From Nemertoderma westbladi (taxonomy: Eukaryota > Animalia > Xenacoelomorpha), in NCBI GenBank assembly GCA_032718475.1, contig JAUCBJ010009065.1, positions 1 through 55,426 of the forward strand: DNA of 55,426 bases, in the 5' to 3' direction. Numbering within the stretch: the stretch's first letter is position 1; the number at the start of each line of letters is the position of its first letter. The notes beneath the pieces were generated by a model. That model ran no database searches. It had not been told where the DNA came from and saw nothing but the letters and a program-made list of their open reading frames with translations. Below are positions 1 to 14,040 of the stretch, one piece after another. A program made the position numbers and the translations under genes.

Positions 1-3000
1 AACAGCTCTTACCGTTGCACCAAGCTCCACTAACCGCTTAGTGTTAGTGAAAAGTTCTTAGTGACACTAACGTACACCACCCTAACAGCTCTTACCGTTG
101 AACCAAGCTCCACTAACCGCTTATTGTTAGTGAAAAGTTCTTATTGACACTAACGTACACCACCCTAACAGCTCTTACCGTTGCACCAAGCTCCACTAAC
201 CGCTTAGTGTTAGTGAAAAGTTCTTAGTGACACTAACGTACACCACCCTAACAGCTCTTACCGTTGCACCAAGCTCCACTAACCGCTTATTGTTAGTGAA
301 AAGTTCTTATTGACACTAACGTACACCACCCTAACAGCTCTTACCGTTGCACCAAGCTCCACTAACCGCTTAGTGTTAGTGAAAAGTTCTTAGTGACACT
401 AACGTACACCACCCTAACGCTCTCACCGTTGCACCAAGCTCCACTAACCGCTTATTGTTAGTGAAAAGTTCTTATTGACACTAACGTACACCACCCTAAC
501 AGCTCTTACCGTTGCACCAAGCTCCACTAACCGCTTAGTGTTAGTGAAAAGTTCTTAGTGACACTAACGTACACCACCCTAACAGCTCTTACCGTTGCAC
601 CAAGGTCCACTAACCGCTTAGTGTTAGTGAAAAGTTCTTAGTGACACTAACGTACACTACCCTAACAGCTCTTACCGTTGCACCAAGCTCCACTAACCGC
701 TTAGTGTTAGTGAAAAGTTCTTAGTGACACTAACGTACACCACCCTAACAGCTCTTACCGTTGCACCAAGCTCCACTAACCGCTTAGTGTTAGTGAAAAG
801 TTCATAGTGACACTAACGTACACCACCCTAACAGCTCTTACCGTTGCACCAAGCTCCACTAACTGCTTAGTGTTAGTGAAAAGTTCTTAGTGACACTAAC
901 GTACACCACCCTAACAGCTCTTACCGTTGCACCAAGGTCCACTAACCGCTTAGTGTTAGTGAAAAGTTCTTAGTGACACTAACGTACACCACCCTAACAG
1001 CTCTTACCGTTGCACCAAGGTCCACTAACCGCTTAGTGTTAGTGAAAAGTTCTTAGTGACACTAACGTACACCACCCTAACAGCTCTTACCGTTGCACCA
1101 AGCTCCACTAACCGCTTAGTGTTAGTGAAAAGTTCTTAGTGACACTAACGTACACCACCCTAACAGCTCTTACCGTTGCACCAAGCTCCACTAACCGCTT
1201 AGTGTTAGTGAAAAGTTCTTAGTGACACTAACGTACACCACCCTAACAGCTCTTACCGTTGCACCAAGCTCCACTAACCGCTTAGTGTTAGTGAAAAGTT
1301 CTTAGTAACGTACACCACCCTAACAGCTCTTACCGTTGCACCAAGGTCCACTAACTGCTTAGTGTTAGTGAAAAGTTCTTAGTGACACTAACGTACACCA
1401 CCCTAACAGCTCTTACCGTTGCACCAAGCTCCACTAACCGCTTAGTGTTAGTGAAAAGTTCTTAGTGACACTAACGTACACCATCCTAACAGCTCTTACC
1501 GTTGCACCAAGGTCCACTAACTGCTTAGTGTTAGTGAAAAGTTCTTAGTGACACTAACGTACACCACTCTAACAGCTCTTACCGTTGCACCAAGCTCCAC
1601 TAACCGCTTAGTGTTAGTGAAAAGTTCATAGTGACACTAACGTACACCACCCTAACAGCTCTTACCGTTGCACCAAGCTCCACTAACTGCTTAGTGTTAG
1701 TGAAAAGTTCTTAGTGACACTAACGTACACCACCCTAACAGCTCTTACCGTTGCACCAAGGTCCACTAACCGCTTAGTGTTAGTGAAAAGTTCTTAGTGA
1801 CACTAACGTACACCACCCTAACAGCTCTTACCGTTGCACCAAGGTCCACTAACCGCTTAGTGTTAGTGAAAAGTTCTTAGTGACACTAACGTACACCACC
1901 CTAACAGCTCTTACCGTTGCACCAAGCTCCACTAACCGCTTAGTGTTAGTGAAAAGTTCTTAGTGACACTAACGTACACCACCCTAACAGCTCTTACCGT
2001 TGCACCAAGCTCCACTAACCGCTTAGTGTTAGTGAAAAGTTCTTAGTGACACTAACGTACACCACCCTAACAGCTCTTACCGTTGCACCAAGCTCCACTA
2101 ACCGCTTAGTGTTAGTGAAAAGTTCTTAGTAACGTACACCACCCTAACAGCTCTTACCGTTGCACCAAGCTCCACTAACCGCTTAGTGTTAGTGAAAAGT
2201 TCTTAGTGACACTAACGTACACCACCCTAACAGCTCTTACCGTTGCACCAAGCTCCACTAACCGCTTAGTGTTAGTGAAAAGTTCTTAGTGACACTAACG
2301 TACACCACCCTAACAGCTCTTACCGTTGCACCAAGCTCCACTAACCGCTTAGTGTTAGTGAAAAGTTCTTAGTGACACTAACGTACACCATCCTAACAGC
2401 TCTTACCGTTGCACCAAGGTCCACTAACTGCTTAGTGTTAGTGAAAAGTTCTTAGTGACACTAACGTACACCACCCTAACAGCTCTTACCGTTGCACCAA
2501 GCTCCACTAACCGCTTAGTGTTAGTGAAAAGTTCTTAGTGACACTAACGTACACCATCCTAACAGCTCTTACCGTTGCACCAAGGTCCACTAACTGCTTA
2601 GTGTTAGTGAAAAGTTCTTAGTGACACTAACGTACACCACCCTAACAGCTCTTACCGTTGCACCAAGCTCCACTAACCGCTTAGTGTTAGTGAAAAGTTC
2701 TTAGTGACACTAACGTACACCACCCTAACAGCTCTTACCGTTGAACCAAGCTCCACTAACCGCTTAGTGTTAGTGAAAAGTTCTTAGTGACACTAACGTA
2801 CACCATCCTAACAGCTCTTACCGTTGCACCAAGCTCCACTAACCGCTTAGTGTTAGTGAAAAGTTCTTAGTGACACTAACGTACACCATCCTAACAGCTC
2901 TTACCGTTGCACCAAGGTCCACTAACCGCTTAGTGTTAGTGAAAAGTTCTTAGTGACACTAACGTACACCATCCTAACAGCTCTTACCGTTGCACCAAGG

Positions 3001-6000
3001 TCCACTAACTGCTTAGTGTTAGTGAAAAGTTCTTAGTGACACTAACGTACACCATCCTAACAGCTCTTACCGTTGCACCAAGGTCCACTAACTGCTTAGT
3101 GTTAGTGAAAAGTTCTTAGTGACACTAACGTACACCATCCTAACAGCTCTTACCGTTGCACCAAGGTCCACTAACTGCTTAGTGTTAGTGAAAAGTTCTT
3201 AGTGACACTAACGTACACCATCCTAACAGCTCTTACCGTTGCACCAAGCTCCACTAACCGCTTAGTGTTAGTGAAAAGTTCTTAGTGACACTAACGTACA
3301 CCACCCTAACAGCTCTTACCGTTGCACCAAGCTCCACTAACTGCTTAGTGTTAGTGAAAAGTTCTTAGTGACACTAACGTACACCATCCTAACAGCTCTT
3401 ACCGTTGCACCAAGCTCCACTAACCGCTTAGTGTTAGTGAAAAGTTCTTAGTGAACGTACACCACCCTAACAGCTCTTACCGTTGCACCAAGGTCCACTA
3501 ACTGCTTAGTGTTAGTGAAAAGTTCTTAGTGACACTAACGTACACCACCCTAACAGCTCTTACCGTTGCACCAAGCTCCACTAACCGCTTAGTGTTAGTG
3601 AAAAGTTCTTAGTGACACTAACGTACACCACCCTAACAGCTCTTACCGTTGCACCAAGCTCCACTAACCGCTTAGTGTTAGTGAAAAGTTCTTAGTGACA
3701 CTAACGTACACCATCCTAACAGCTCTTACCGTTGCACCAAGCTCCACTAACCGCTTAGTGTTAGTGAAAAGTTCTTAGTGACACTAACGTACACCACCCT
3801 AACAGCTCTTACCGTTGCACCAAGCTCCACTAACCGCTTAGTGTTAGTGAAAAGTTCTTAGTGACACTAACGTACACCACCCTAACAGCTCTTACCGTTG
3901 CACCAAGCTCCACTAACCGCTTAGTGTTAGTGAAAAGTTCTTAGTGACACTAACGTACACCATCCTAACAGCTCTTACCGTTGCACCAAGCTCCACTAAC
4001 CGCTTAGTGTTAGTGAAAAGTTCTTAGTGACACTAACGTACACCACCCTAACAGCTCTTACCGTTGAACCAAGCTCCACTAACCGCTTAGTGTTAGTGAA
4101 AAGTTCTTAGTGACACTAACGTACACCACCCTAACAGCTCTTACCGTTGCACCAAGCTCCACTAACCGCTTAGTGTTAGTGAAAAGTTCTTAGTGACACT
4201 AACGTACACCACCCTAACAGCTCTTACCGTTGCACCAAGCTCCACTAACCGCTTAGTGTTAGTGAAAAGTTCATAGTGACACTAACGTACACCACCCTAA
4301 CAGCTCTTACCGTTGCACCAAGCTCCACTAACCGCTTAGTGTTAGTGAAAAGTTCTTAGTGACACTAACGTACACCACCCTAACAGCTCTTACCGTTGCA
4401 CCAAGCTCCACTAACCGCTTAGTGTTAGTGAAAAGTTCATAGTGACACTAACGTACACCATCCTAACAGCTCTTACCGTTGCACCAAGCTCCACTAACCG
4501 CTTAGTGTTAGTGAAAAGTTCTTAGTGACACTAACGTACACCACCCTAACAGCTCTTACCGTTGCACCAAGCTCCACTAACCGCTTAGTGTTAGTGAAAA
4601 GTTCTTAGTGACACTAACGTACACCATCCTAACAGCTCTTACCGTTGCACCAAGCTCCACTAACCGCTTAGTGTTAGTGAAAAGTTCTTAGTGACACTAA
4701 CGTACACCACCCTAACAGCTCTTACCGTTGCACCAAGCTCCACTAACCGCTTAGTGTTAGTGAAAAGTTCTTAGTGACACTAACGTACACCACCCTAACA
4801 GCTCTTACCGTTGCACCAAGCTCCACTAACCGCTTAGTGTTAGTGAAAAGTTCTTAGTGACACTAACGTACACCACCCTAACAGCTCTTACCGTTGCACC
4901 AAGCTCCACTAACCGCTTAGTGTTAGTGAAAAGTTCTTAGTGACACTAACGTACACCACCCTAACAGCTCTTACCGTTGCACCAAGCTCCACTAACCGCT
5001 TATTGTTAGTGAAAAGTTCTTAGTGACACTAACGTACACCACCCTAACAGCTCTTACCGTTGCACCAAGCTCCACTAACCGCTTAGTGTTAGTGAAAAGT
5101 TCTTAGTGACACTAACGTACACCACCCTAACAGCTCTTACCGTTGCACCAAGCTCCACTAACCGCTTAGTGTTAGTGAAAAGTTCTTAGTGACACTAACG
5201 TACACCATCCTAACAGCTCTTACCGTTGCACCAAGCTCCACTAACCGCTTAGTGTTAGTGAAAAGTTCTTAGTGACACTAACGTACACCACCCTAACAGC
5301 TCTTACCGTTGCACCAAGCTCCACTAACCGCTTAGTGTTAGTGAAAAGTTCTTAGTGACACTAACGTACACCATCCTAACAGCTCTTACCGTTGCACCAA
5401 GCTCCACTAACCGCTTAGTGTTAGTGAAAAGTTCTTAGTGACACTAACGTACACCACCCTAACAGCTCTTACCGTTGCACCAAGCTCCACTAACCGCTTA
5501 GTGTTAGTGAAAAGTTCTTAGTGACACTAACGTACACCATCCTAACAGCTCTTACCGTTGCACCAAGCTCCACTAACCGCTTAGTGTTAGTGAAAAGTTC
5601 TAGTGACACTAACGTACACCACCCTAACAGCTCTTACCGTTGCACCAAGCTCCACTAACCGCTTAGTGTTAGTGAAAAGTTCTTAGTGACACTAACGTAC
5701 ACCACCCTAACAGCTCTTACCGTTGAACCAAGCTCCACTAACCGCTTATTGTTAGTGAAAAGTTCTTATTGACACTAACGTACACCACCCTAACAGCTCT
5801 TACCGTTGCACCAAGCTCCACTAACCGCTTAGTGTTAGTGAAAAGTTCTTAGTGACACTAACGTACACCACCCTAACAGCTCTTACCGTTGCACCAAGCT
5901 CCACTAACCGCTTATTGTTAGTGAAAAGTTCTTATTGACACTAACGTACACCACCCTAACAGCTCTTACCGTTGCACCAAGCTCCACTAACCGCTTAGTG

Positions 6001-9000
6001 TTAGTGAAAAGTTCTTAGTGACACTAACGTACACCACCCTAACGCTCTCACCGTTGCACCAAGCTCCACTAACCGCTTATTGTTAGTGAAAAGTTCTTAT
6101 TGACACTAACGTACACCACCCTAACAGCTCTTACCGTTGCACCAAGCTCCACTAACCGCTTAGTGTTAGTGAAAAGTTCTTAGTGACACTAACGTACACC
6201 ACCCTAACAGCTCTTACCGTTGCACCAAGGTCCACTAACCGCTTAGTGTTAGTGAAAAGTTCTTAGTGACACTAACGTACACTACCCTAACAGCTCTTAC
6301 CGTTGCACCAAGCTCCACTAACCGCTTAGTGTTAGTGAAAAGTTCTTAGTGACACTAACGTACACCACTCTAACAGCTCTTACCGTTGCACCAAGCTCCA
6401 CTAACCGCTTAGTGTTAGTGAAAAGTTCATAGTGACACTAACGTACACCACCCTAACAGCTCTTACCGTTGCACCAAGCTCCACTAACTGCTTAGTGTTA
6501 GTGAAAAGTTCTTAGTGACACTAACGTACACCACCCTAACATCTCTTACCGTTGCACCAAGGTCCACTAACCGCTTAGTGTTAGTGAAAAGTTCTTAGTG
6601 ACACTAACGTACACCACCCTAACAGCTCTTACCGTTGCACCAAGGTCCACTAACCGCTTAGTGTTAGTGAAAAGTTCTTAGTGACACTAACGTACACCAC
6701 CCTAACAGCTCTTACCGTTGCACCAAGCTCCACTAACCGCTTAGTGTTAGTGAAAAGTTCTTAGTGACACTAACGTACACCACCCTAACAGCTCTTACCG
6801 TTGCACCAAGCTCCACTAACCGCTTAGTGTTAGTGAAAAGTTCTTAGTGACACTAACGTACACCACCCTAACAGCTCTTACTGTTGCACCAAGCTCCACT
6901 AACCGCTTAGTGTTAGTGAAAAGTTCTTAGTAACGTACACCACCCTAACAGCTCTTACCGTTGCACCAAGGTCCACTAACTGCTTAGTGTTAGTGAAAAG
7001 TTCTTAGTGACACTAACGTACACCACCCTAACAGCTCTTACCGTTGCACCAAGCTCCACTAACCGCTTAGTGTTAGTGAAAAGTTCTTAGTGACACTAAC
7101 GTACACCATCCTAACAGCTCTTACCGTTGCACCAAGGTCCACTAACTGCTTAGTGTTAGTGAAAAGTTCTTAGTGACACTAACGTACACCACTCTAACAG
7201 CTCTTACCGTTGCACCAAGCTCCACTAACCGCTTAGTGTTAGTGAAAAGTTCATAGTGACACTAACGTACACCACCCTAACAGCTCTTACCGTTGCACCA
7301 AGCTCCACTAACTGCTTAGTGTTAGTGAAAAGTTCTTAGTGACACTAACGTACACCACCCTAACATCTCTTACCGTTGCACCAAGGTCCACTAACCGCTT
7401 AGTGTTAGTGAAAAGTTCTTAGTGACACTAACGTACACCACCCTAACAGCTCTTACCGTTGCACCAAGGTCCACTAACCGCTTAGTGTTAGTGAAAAGTT
7501 CTTAGTGACACTAACGTACACCACCCTAACAGCTCTTACCGTTGCACCAAGCTCCACTAACCGCTTAGTGTTAGTGAAAAGTTCTTAGTGACACTAACGT
7601 ACACCACCCTAACAGCTCTTACCGTTGCACCAAGCTCCACTAACCGCTTAGTGTTAGTGAAAAGTTCTTAGTGACACTAACGTACACCACCCTAACAGCT
7701 CTTACTGTTGCACCAAGCTCCACTAACCGCTTAGTGTTAGTGAAAAGTTCTTAGTAACGTACACCACCCTAACAGCTCTTACCGTTGCACCAAGCTCCAC
7801 TAACCGCTTAGTGTTAGTGAAAAGTTCTTAGTGACACTAACGTACACCACCCTAACAGCTCTTACCGTTGCACCAAGCTCCACTAACCGCTTAGTGTTAG
7901 TGAAAAGTTCTTAGTGACACTAACGTACACCACCCTAACAGCTCTTACCGTTGCACCAAGCTCCACTAACCGCTTAGTGTTAGTGAAAAGTTCTTAGTGA
8001 CACTAACGTACACCATCCTAACAGCTCTTACCGTTGCACCAAGGTCCACTAACTGCTTAGTGTTAGTGAAAAGTTCTTAGTGACACTAACGTACACCACC
8101 CTAACAGCTCTTACCGTTGCACCAAGCTCCACTAACCGCTTAGTGTTAGTGAAAAGTTCTTAGTGACACTAACGTACACCATCCTAACAGCTCTTACCGT
8201 TGCACCAAGGTCCACTAACTGCTTAGTGTTAGTGAAAAGTTCTTAGTGACACTAACGTACACCACCCTAACAGCTCTTACCGTTGCACCAAGCTCCACTA
8301 ACCGCTTAGTGTTAGTGAAAAGTTCTTAGTGACACTAACGTACACCACCCTAACAGCTCTTACCGTTGAACCAAGCTCCACTAACCGCTTAGTGTTAGTG
8401 AAAAGTTCTTAGTGACACTAACGTACACCATCCTAACAGCTCTTACCGTTGCACCAAGCTCCACTAACCGCTTAGTGTTAGTGAAAAGTTCTTAGTGACA
8501 CTAACGTACACCATCCTAACAGCTCTTACCGTTGCACCAAGGTCCACTAACTGCTTAGTGTTAGTGAAAAGTTCTTAGTGACACTAACGTACACCATCCT
8601 AACAGCTCTTACCGTTGCACCAAGGTCCACTAACTGCTTAGTGTTAGTGAAAAGTTCTTAGTGACACTAACGTACACCATCCTAACAGCTCTTACCGTTG
8701 CACCAAGGTCCACTAACTGCTTAGTGTTAGTGAAAAGTTCTTAGTGACACTAACGTACACCATCCTAACAGCTCTTACCGTTGCACCAAGGTCCACTAAC
8801 TGCTTAGTGTTAGTGAAAAGTTCTTAGTGACACTAACGTACACCATCCTAACAGCTCTTACCGTTGCACCAAGCTCCACTAACCGCTTAGTGTTAGTGAA
8901 AAGTTCTTAGTGACACTAACGTACACCACCCTAACAGCTCTTACCGTTGCACCAAGCTCCACTAACTGCTTAGTGTTAGTGAAAAGTTCTTAGTGACACT

Positions 9001-11699
9001 AACGTACACCATCCTAACAGCTCTTACCGTTGCACCAAGCTCCACTAACCGCTTAGTGTTAGTGAAAAGTTCTTAGTAACGTACACCACCCTAACAGCTC
9101 TTACCGTTGCACCAAGGTCCACTAACTGCTTAGTGTTAGTGAAAAGTTCTTAGTGACACTAACGTACACCACCCTAACAGCTCTTACCGTTGCACCAAGC
9201 TCCACTAACCGCTTAGTGTTAGTGAAAAGTTCTTAGTGACACTAACGTACACCACCCTAACAGCTCTTACCGTTGCACCAAGCTCCACTAACTGCTTAGT
9301 GTTAGTGAAAAGTTCTTAGTGACACTAACGTACACCATCCTAACAGCTCTTACTGTTGCACCAAGCTCCACTAACCGCTTAGTGTTAGTGAAAAGTTCTT
9401 AGTGACACTAACGTACACCACCCTAACAGCTCTTACCGTTGCACCAAGCTCCACTAACCGCTTAGTGTTAGTGAAAAGTTCTTAGTGACACTAACGTACA
9501 CCACCCTAACAGCTCTTACCGTTGCACCAAGCTCCACTAACCGCTTAGTGTTAGTGAAAAGTTCTTAGTGACACTAACGTACACCATCCTAACAGCTCTT
9601 ACTGTTGCACCAAGCTCCACTAACCGCTTAGTGTTAGTGAAAAGTTCTTAGTGACACTAACGTACACCACCCTAACAGCTCTTACCGTTGAACCAAGCTC
9701 CACTAACCGCTTAGTGTTAGTGAAAAGTTCTTAGTGACACTAACGTACACCACCCTAACAGCTCTTACCGTTGCACCAAGCTCCACTAACCGCTTAGTGT
9801 TAGTGAAAAGTTCTTAGTGACACTAACGTACACCACCCTAACAGCTCTTACCGTTGCACCAAGCTCCACTAACCGCTTAGTGTTAGTGAAAAGTTCATAG
9901 TGACACTAACGTACACCACCCTAACAGCTCTTACCGTTGCACCAAGCTCCACTAACCGCTTAGTGTTAGTGAAAAGTTCTTAGTGACACTAACGTACACC
10001 ACCCTAACAGCTCTTACCGTTGAACCAAGCTCCACTAACCGCTTAGTGTTAGTGAAAAGTTCATAGTGACACTAACGTACACCATCCTAACAGCTCTTAC
10101 CGTTGCACCAAGCTCCACTAACCGCTTAGTGTTAGTGAAAAGTTCTTAGTGACACTAACGTACACCACCCTAACAGCTCTTACCGTTGCACCAAGCTCCA
10201 CTAACCGCTTAGTGTTAGTGAAAAGTTCATAGTGACACTAACGTACACCATCCTAACAGCTCTTACCGTTGCACCAAGCTCCACTAACCGCTTAGTGTTA
10301 GTGAAAAGTTCTTAGTGACACTAACGTACACCACCCTAACAGCTCTTACCGTTGAACCAAGCTCCACTAACCGCTTAGTGTTAGTGAAAAGTTCTTAGTG
10401 ACACTAACGTACACCACCCTAACAGCTCTTACCGTTGCACCAAGCTCCACTAACCGCTTAGTGTTAGTGAAAAGTTCTTAGTGACACTAACGTACACCAC
10501 CCTAACAGCTCTTACCGTTGCACCAAGCTCCACTAACCGCTTAGTGTTAGTGAAAAGTTCTTAGTGACACTAACGTACACCACCCTAACAGCTCTTACCG
10601 TTGCACCAAGCTCCACTAACCGCTTAGTGTTAGTGAAAAGTTCTTAGTGACACTAACGTACACCACCCTAACAGCTCTTACCGTTGCACCAAGCTCCACT
10701 AACCGCTTAGTGTTAGTGAAAAGTTCTAGTGACACTAACGTACACCACCCTAACAGCTCTTACCGTTGCACCAAGCTCCACTAACCGCTTAGTGTTAGTG
10801 AAAAGTTCTTAGTGACACTAACGTACACCACCGTAACAGCTCTTACCGTTGCACCAAGCTCCACTAACCGCTTAGTGTTAGTGAAAAGTTCTTAGTGACA
10901 CTAACGTACACCACCCTAACAGCTCTTACCGTTGCACCAAGCTCCACTAACCGCTTATTGTTAGTGAAAAGTTCTTAGTGACACTAACGTACACCACCCT
11001 AACAGCTCTTACCGTTGCACCAAGCTCCACTAACCGCTTAGTGTTAGTGAAAAGTTCTTAGTGACACTAACGTACACCACCCTAACAGCTCTTACCGTTG
11101 CACCAAGCTCCACTAACCGCTTATTGTTAGTGAAAAGTTCTTAGTGACACTAACGTACACCACCCTAACAGCTCTTACCGTTGCACCAAGCTCCACTAAC
11201 CGCTTAGTGTTAGTGAAAAGTTCTTAGTGACACTAACGTACACCACCCTAACAGCTCTTACCGTTGCACCAAGCTCCACTAACCGCTTATTGTTAGTGAA
11301 AAGTTCTTAGTGACACTAACGTACACCACCCTAACAGCTCTTACCGTTGCACCAAGCTCCACTAACCGCTTAGTGTTAGTGAAAAGTTCTTAGTGACACT
11401 AACGTACACCACCCTAACAGCTCTTACCGTTGCACCAAGCTCCACTAACCGCTTAGTGTTAGTGAAAAGTTCTTAGTGACACTAACGTACACCACCCTAA
11501 CAGCTCTTACCGTTGCACCAAGCTCCACTAACCGCTTAGTGTTAGTGAAAAGTTCTTAGTGACACTAACGTACACCACCCTAACAGCTCTTACCGTTGCA
11601 CCAAGCTCCACTAACCGCTTAGTGTTAGTGAAAAGTTCATAGTGACACTAACGTACACCACCCTAACAGCTCTTACCGTTGCACCAAGCTCCACTAACC
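1..11699. repeat. 83-bp tandem satellite, about 141 copies, running off the left edge of the window
   Basis: Unit aacagctcttaccgttgcaccaagctccactaaccgcttagtgttagtgaaaagttcttagtgacactaacgtacaccaccct, near-identical copies. Diagnostic variants recur at 824-bp and 5625-bp offsets. Confidence 0.99.
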
Positions 11700-12163
11700 A
11701 GTACTTACCTACTTGCTATAAATATTCCATGGCTTCTCAGGGTATTTTGATGTTTGAGCTGCATCAAAGGGACAATGGGGTTTTCTTCATAAGTAGAAAA
11801 AATGTGGATCAACGTCAGTTTTTCAACCATCGTTGTAGATTTGTATGTCAGTAAGGTACCGTTCCAGTCTATCAGGAGCGCTAATCTTCTGGGTTTCATC
11901 CTCTTGTTTAAATTTTGCCGTCGGCGGATTATTCATAGTCATACTATGTACTGTGGGGCGAGCCATGCAGTAAAGGCGAGCCTTAGCGTACAATTATAAT
12001 TATTAAATAGGGCAAAATTTTATGTCCATCTGTCTGTCTGTCCGTAATGCAAAATTCATTCGTAAATAAAACTCTTGAAGATTATAACCATTCTTAACCA
12101 AATTTTGTTTGGGCATACTAGAGAAATAGTTCCATTGTTTTTGAAAGAAATATATTTTAGAAT

Positions 12164-12277
12164 TTAGTGGGCTTGGTGCAACGGTACTAAAATAGTCGCA
12201 CTTAAGTTAGTGCCACTAACACCGCCCTAAGCGGTTAGTGGCACTAAGTAGTTATTGGAGCTTGGTGCAACCGGCTG
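12164..12277 (-). mobile_element. Putative right terminus of a non-autonomous DNA transposon (PIF/Harbinger-like), inverted relative to the 83-bp satellite
   Basis: Two inverted copies of the satellite motif (ttagtgggcttggtgcaacggta 12164-12186; tggagcttggtgcaaccgg 12256-12274), plus TTAGTG-n-CACTAA palindromes and taagcggttagtgg. The superfamily call is inference. Confidence 0.55.
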
Positions 12278-12741
12278 CTAATGTTATAAATCCTAATGTT
12301 GTTAAAATGTTATAAATAATATACTGTACAGTTGTAGTCTACTTTAAGTCTACTTTAGTCTAGGGACGTGAATGCAGTTTCAACATAATTTGCAATACAT
12401 TAAACGTAGTCCTACTCTGTGGTTAATTATGCCACCAATAATAGGCCCTACACTAAATTTAGTTCGTTGTTTAATTCACAATGTCGAAATGAATGTTGGA
12501 TGTTAATGTTCTCAAATTCCCAAATTCATTATCAAGTATCAGTTCAATTAATGTTGAAAAATCAAAATACCCATTACCAAGGCCACTCTTAGATTTATCT
12601 CTACAGTCACTGTGCAATTCAGTACTGTATATTGACTTTCCGTTTGCGATATTCTTAGTCGGTTTCTGTTATAGATTACAAATGTGTATCATTTAACCAT
12701 AATTATACCATAATTCCCAATTATACTTCTGTCATTTACAG

Positions 12742-13585
12742 TGAGTGTTGTGGCGTTAAAGATTCCTAAATCTAAGCCGAACCAAATAGATGCGCACGGA
12801 ATTCCCCCGGATAAAGAGGCCCAAGTCCATCGGGCGAAACCAGAAAATTCGAAAGCTGCTATCCACGAACCCCCAAAAACTGGTACGAAGAAGACGTTGA
12901 GACGTCCGAAAGGCAAATATCCAGCATCACCAAAGGCAATGCCGAGAGAGAGAGTAAACCACCCCCATCCCGAATCCACGGCCGCTATAAAGGCACCACC
13001 CGCTCCAACAGATAAACGTGACATTCATCTTCTATCGAAAAGGGCCAGCTTCAACAATCCTCAACAGTTCGATGAAAGAAGCATACCTGAGGTATACATA
13101 AGAGATGAATCTGGTATTAGTAAGAGAAATGTTAACCCCGATGACCTGAATGTTGTAGTTCAGAAGCTTACTGGAGACGAAAATCGCCTTGAAGCCATTC
13201 GACAACTTCATCGCCGCAATGTTAACCCTGACAACCTGAACAAAGTTGCTGAAATTCTTACAGGCGATGATAATCGCCTTGACGCTATTCGTCAACTAAA
13301 ACGTAGGGCTCTAGATGAATCTGAAGAGAAGATCGCAAAACGACTTGTTCTGTCTGGAGAAGAAGCAATGAACCCGTGGTTTACAAACCGCGGACAACCC
13401 TGGAGAAACTGCAATTGCAAGTACGTTTCGAGACCCCCAGTGTCGGTTGTACAGGAACTAGGATTGGATCCCTTTTACCAGAAATACCTTCACGCCTTCG
13501 GAATTCCCATCCTTGGTTCAGGGAGTGTCTCCGATGCAGCTTTGATTAGGGCGTGCTACACTGTATTTGTGATGATGGCCGATAG
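12742..13585 (+). CDS. Exon A of a secreted HEXXH metallopeptidase-ShK-FN3 gene (probable end of signal peptide, prodomain, start of peptidase domain)
   Basis: Acceptor tttacag|TG (phase 1) and donor GATAG|gtaagt (phase 2). Open frame ending in LDPFYQKYLHAFGIPILGSGSVSDAALIRACYTVFVMMADR, which resembles the N-terminus of a bacterial/invertebrate zinc-peptidase family. Confidence 0.9.
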
Positions 13586-13693
13586 GTAAGTAAATGTCAC
13601 AATGTGTTTATATTAATTATTCAGAGTTTTATATAAACAAACACCATCATTATAATGGTTATATATTGTATACCATCTATTGTTTTAAAACAG

Positions 13694-13873
13694 GCTAGAT
13701 TTAAGAGATGCAATGTTTACTAGTCAAGGGCGGGTGGGTATCATAGGCAAGAACGAGGCAACAAATGATATTCCAGAACACCGGGCCAGAACCGGTTATG
13801 GTCGAGGATTAGGTGGGACACAGATGGAACCAATATCTACCGGAGCTGAAGAGAACTTATTGTATATAACCGG
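13694..13873 (+). CDS. Exon B of the metallopeptidase gene (absent from the ORF track)
   Basis: aaaacag|G ... ACCGG|gtaagt, phases 2/2. Translates to LDLRDAMFTSQGRVGIIGKNEATNDIPEHRARTGYGRGLGGTQMEPISTGAEENLLYITG, with the family-like motifs DIPEH, RGLGG and EENLL. Confidence 0.92.
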
Positions 13874-14040
13874 GTAAGTATTATTGTTCTGATTATATTA
13901 TCCTGTAATGTTAATTAACATTACTAAAAGTTAATAACAGATAATTAATTAAATAAATAAATAGTTCTAATAGGTCCCATGTCTATCAAATATATACATC
14001 CCTAACGAAAGGATCGATCTAATATGTAATATTTAAAATT

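Noticed and set aside
1-11699. CRISPR-like array
   Set aside because: Head-to-tail units with no unique spacers, no cas genes, and a spliceosomal eukaryotic context.
11802-11850. Candidate first exon (MWINVSFSTIVVDLYV, phase-1 donor gtaagg) for the peptidase gene
   Set aside because: The phase fits, but the signal peptide is poor (Asp in the core) and the segment lies within the putative transposon. The start exon remains unassigned.
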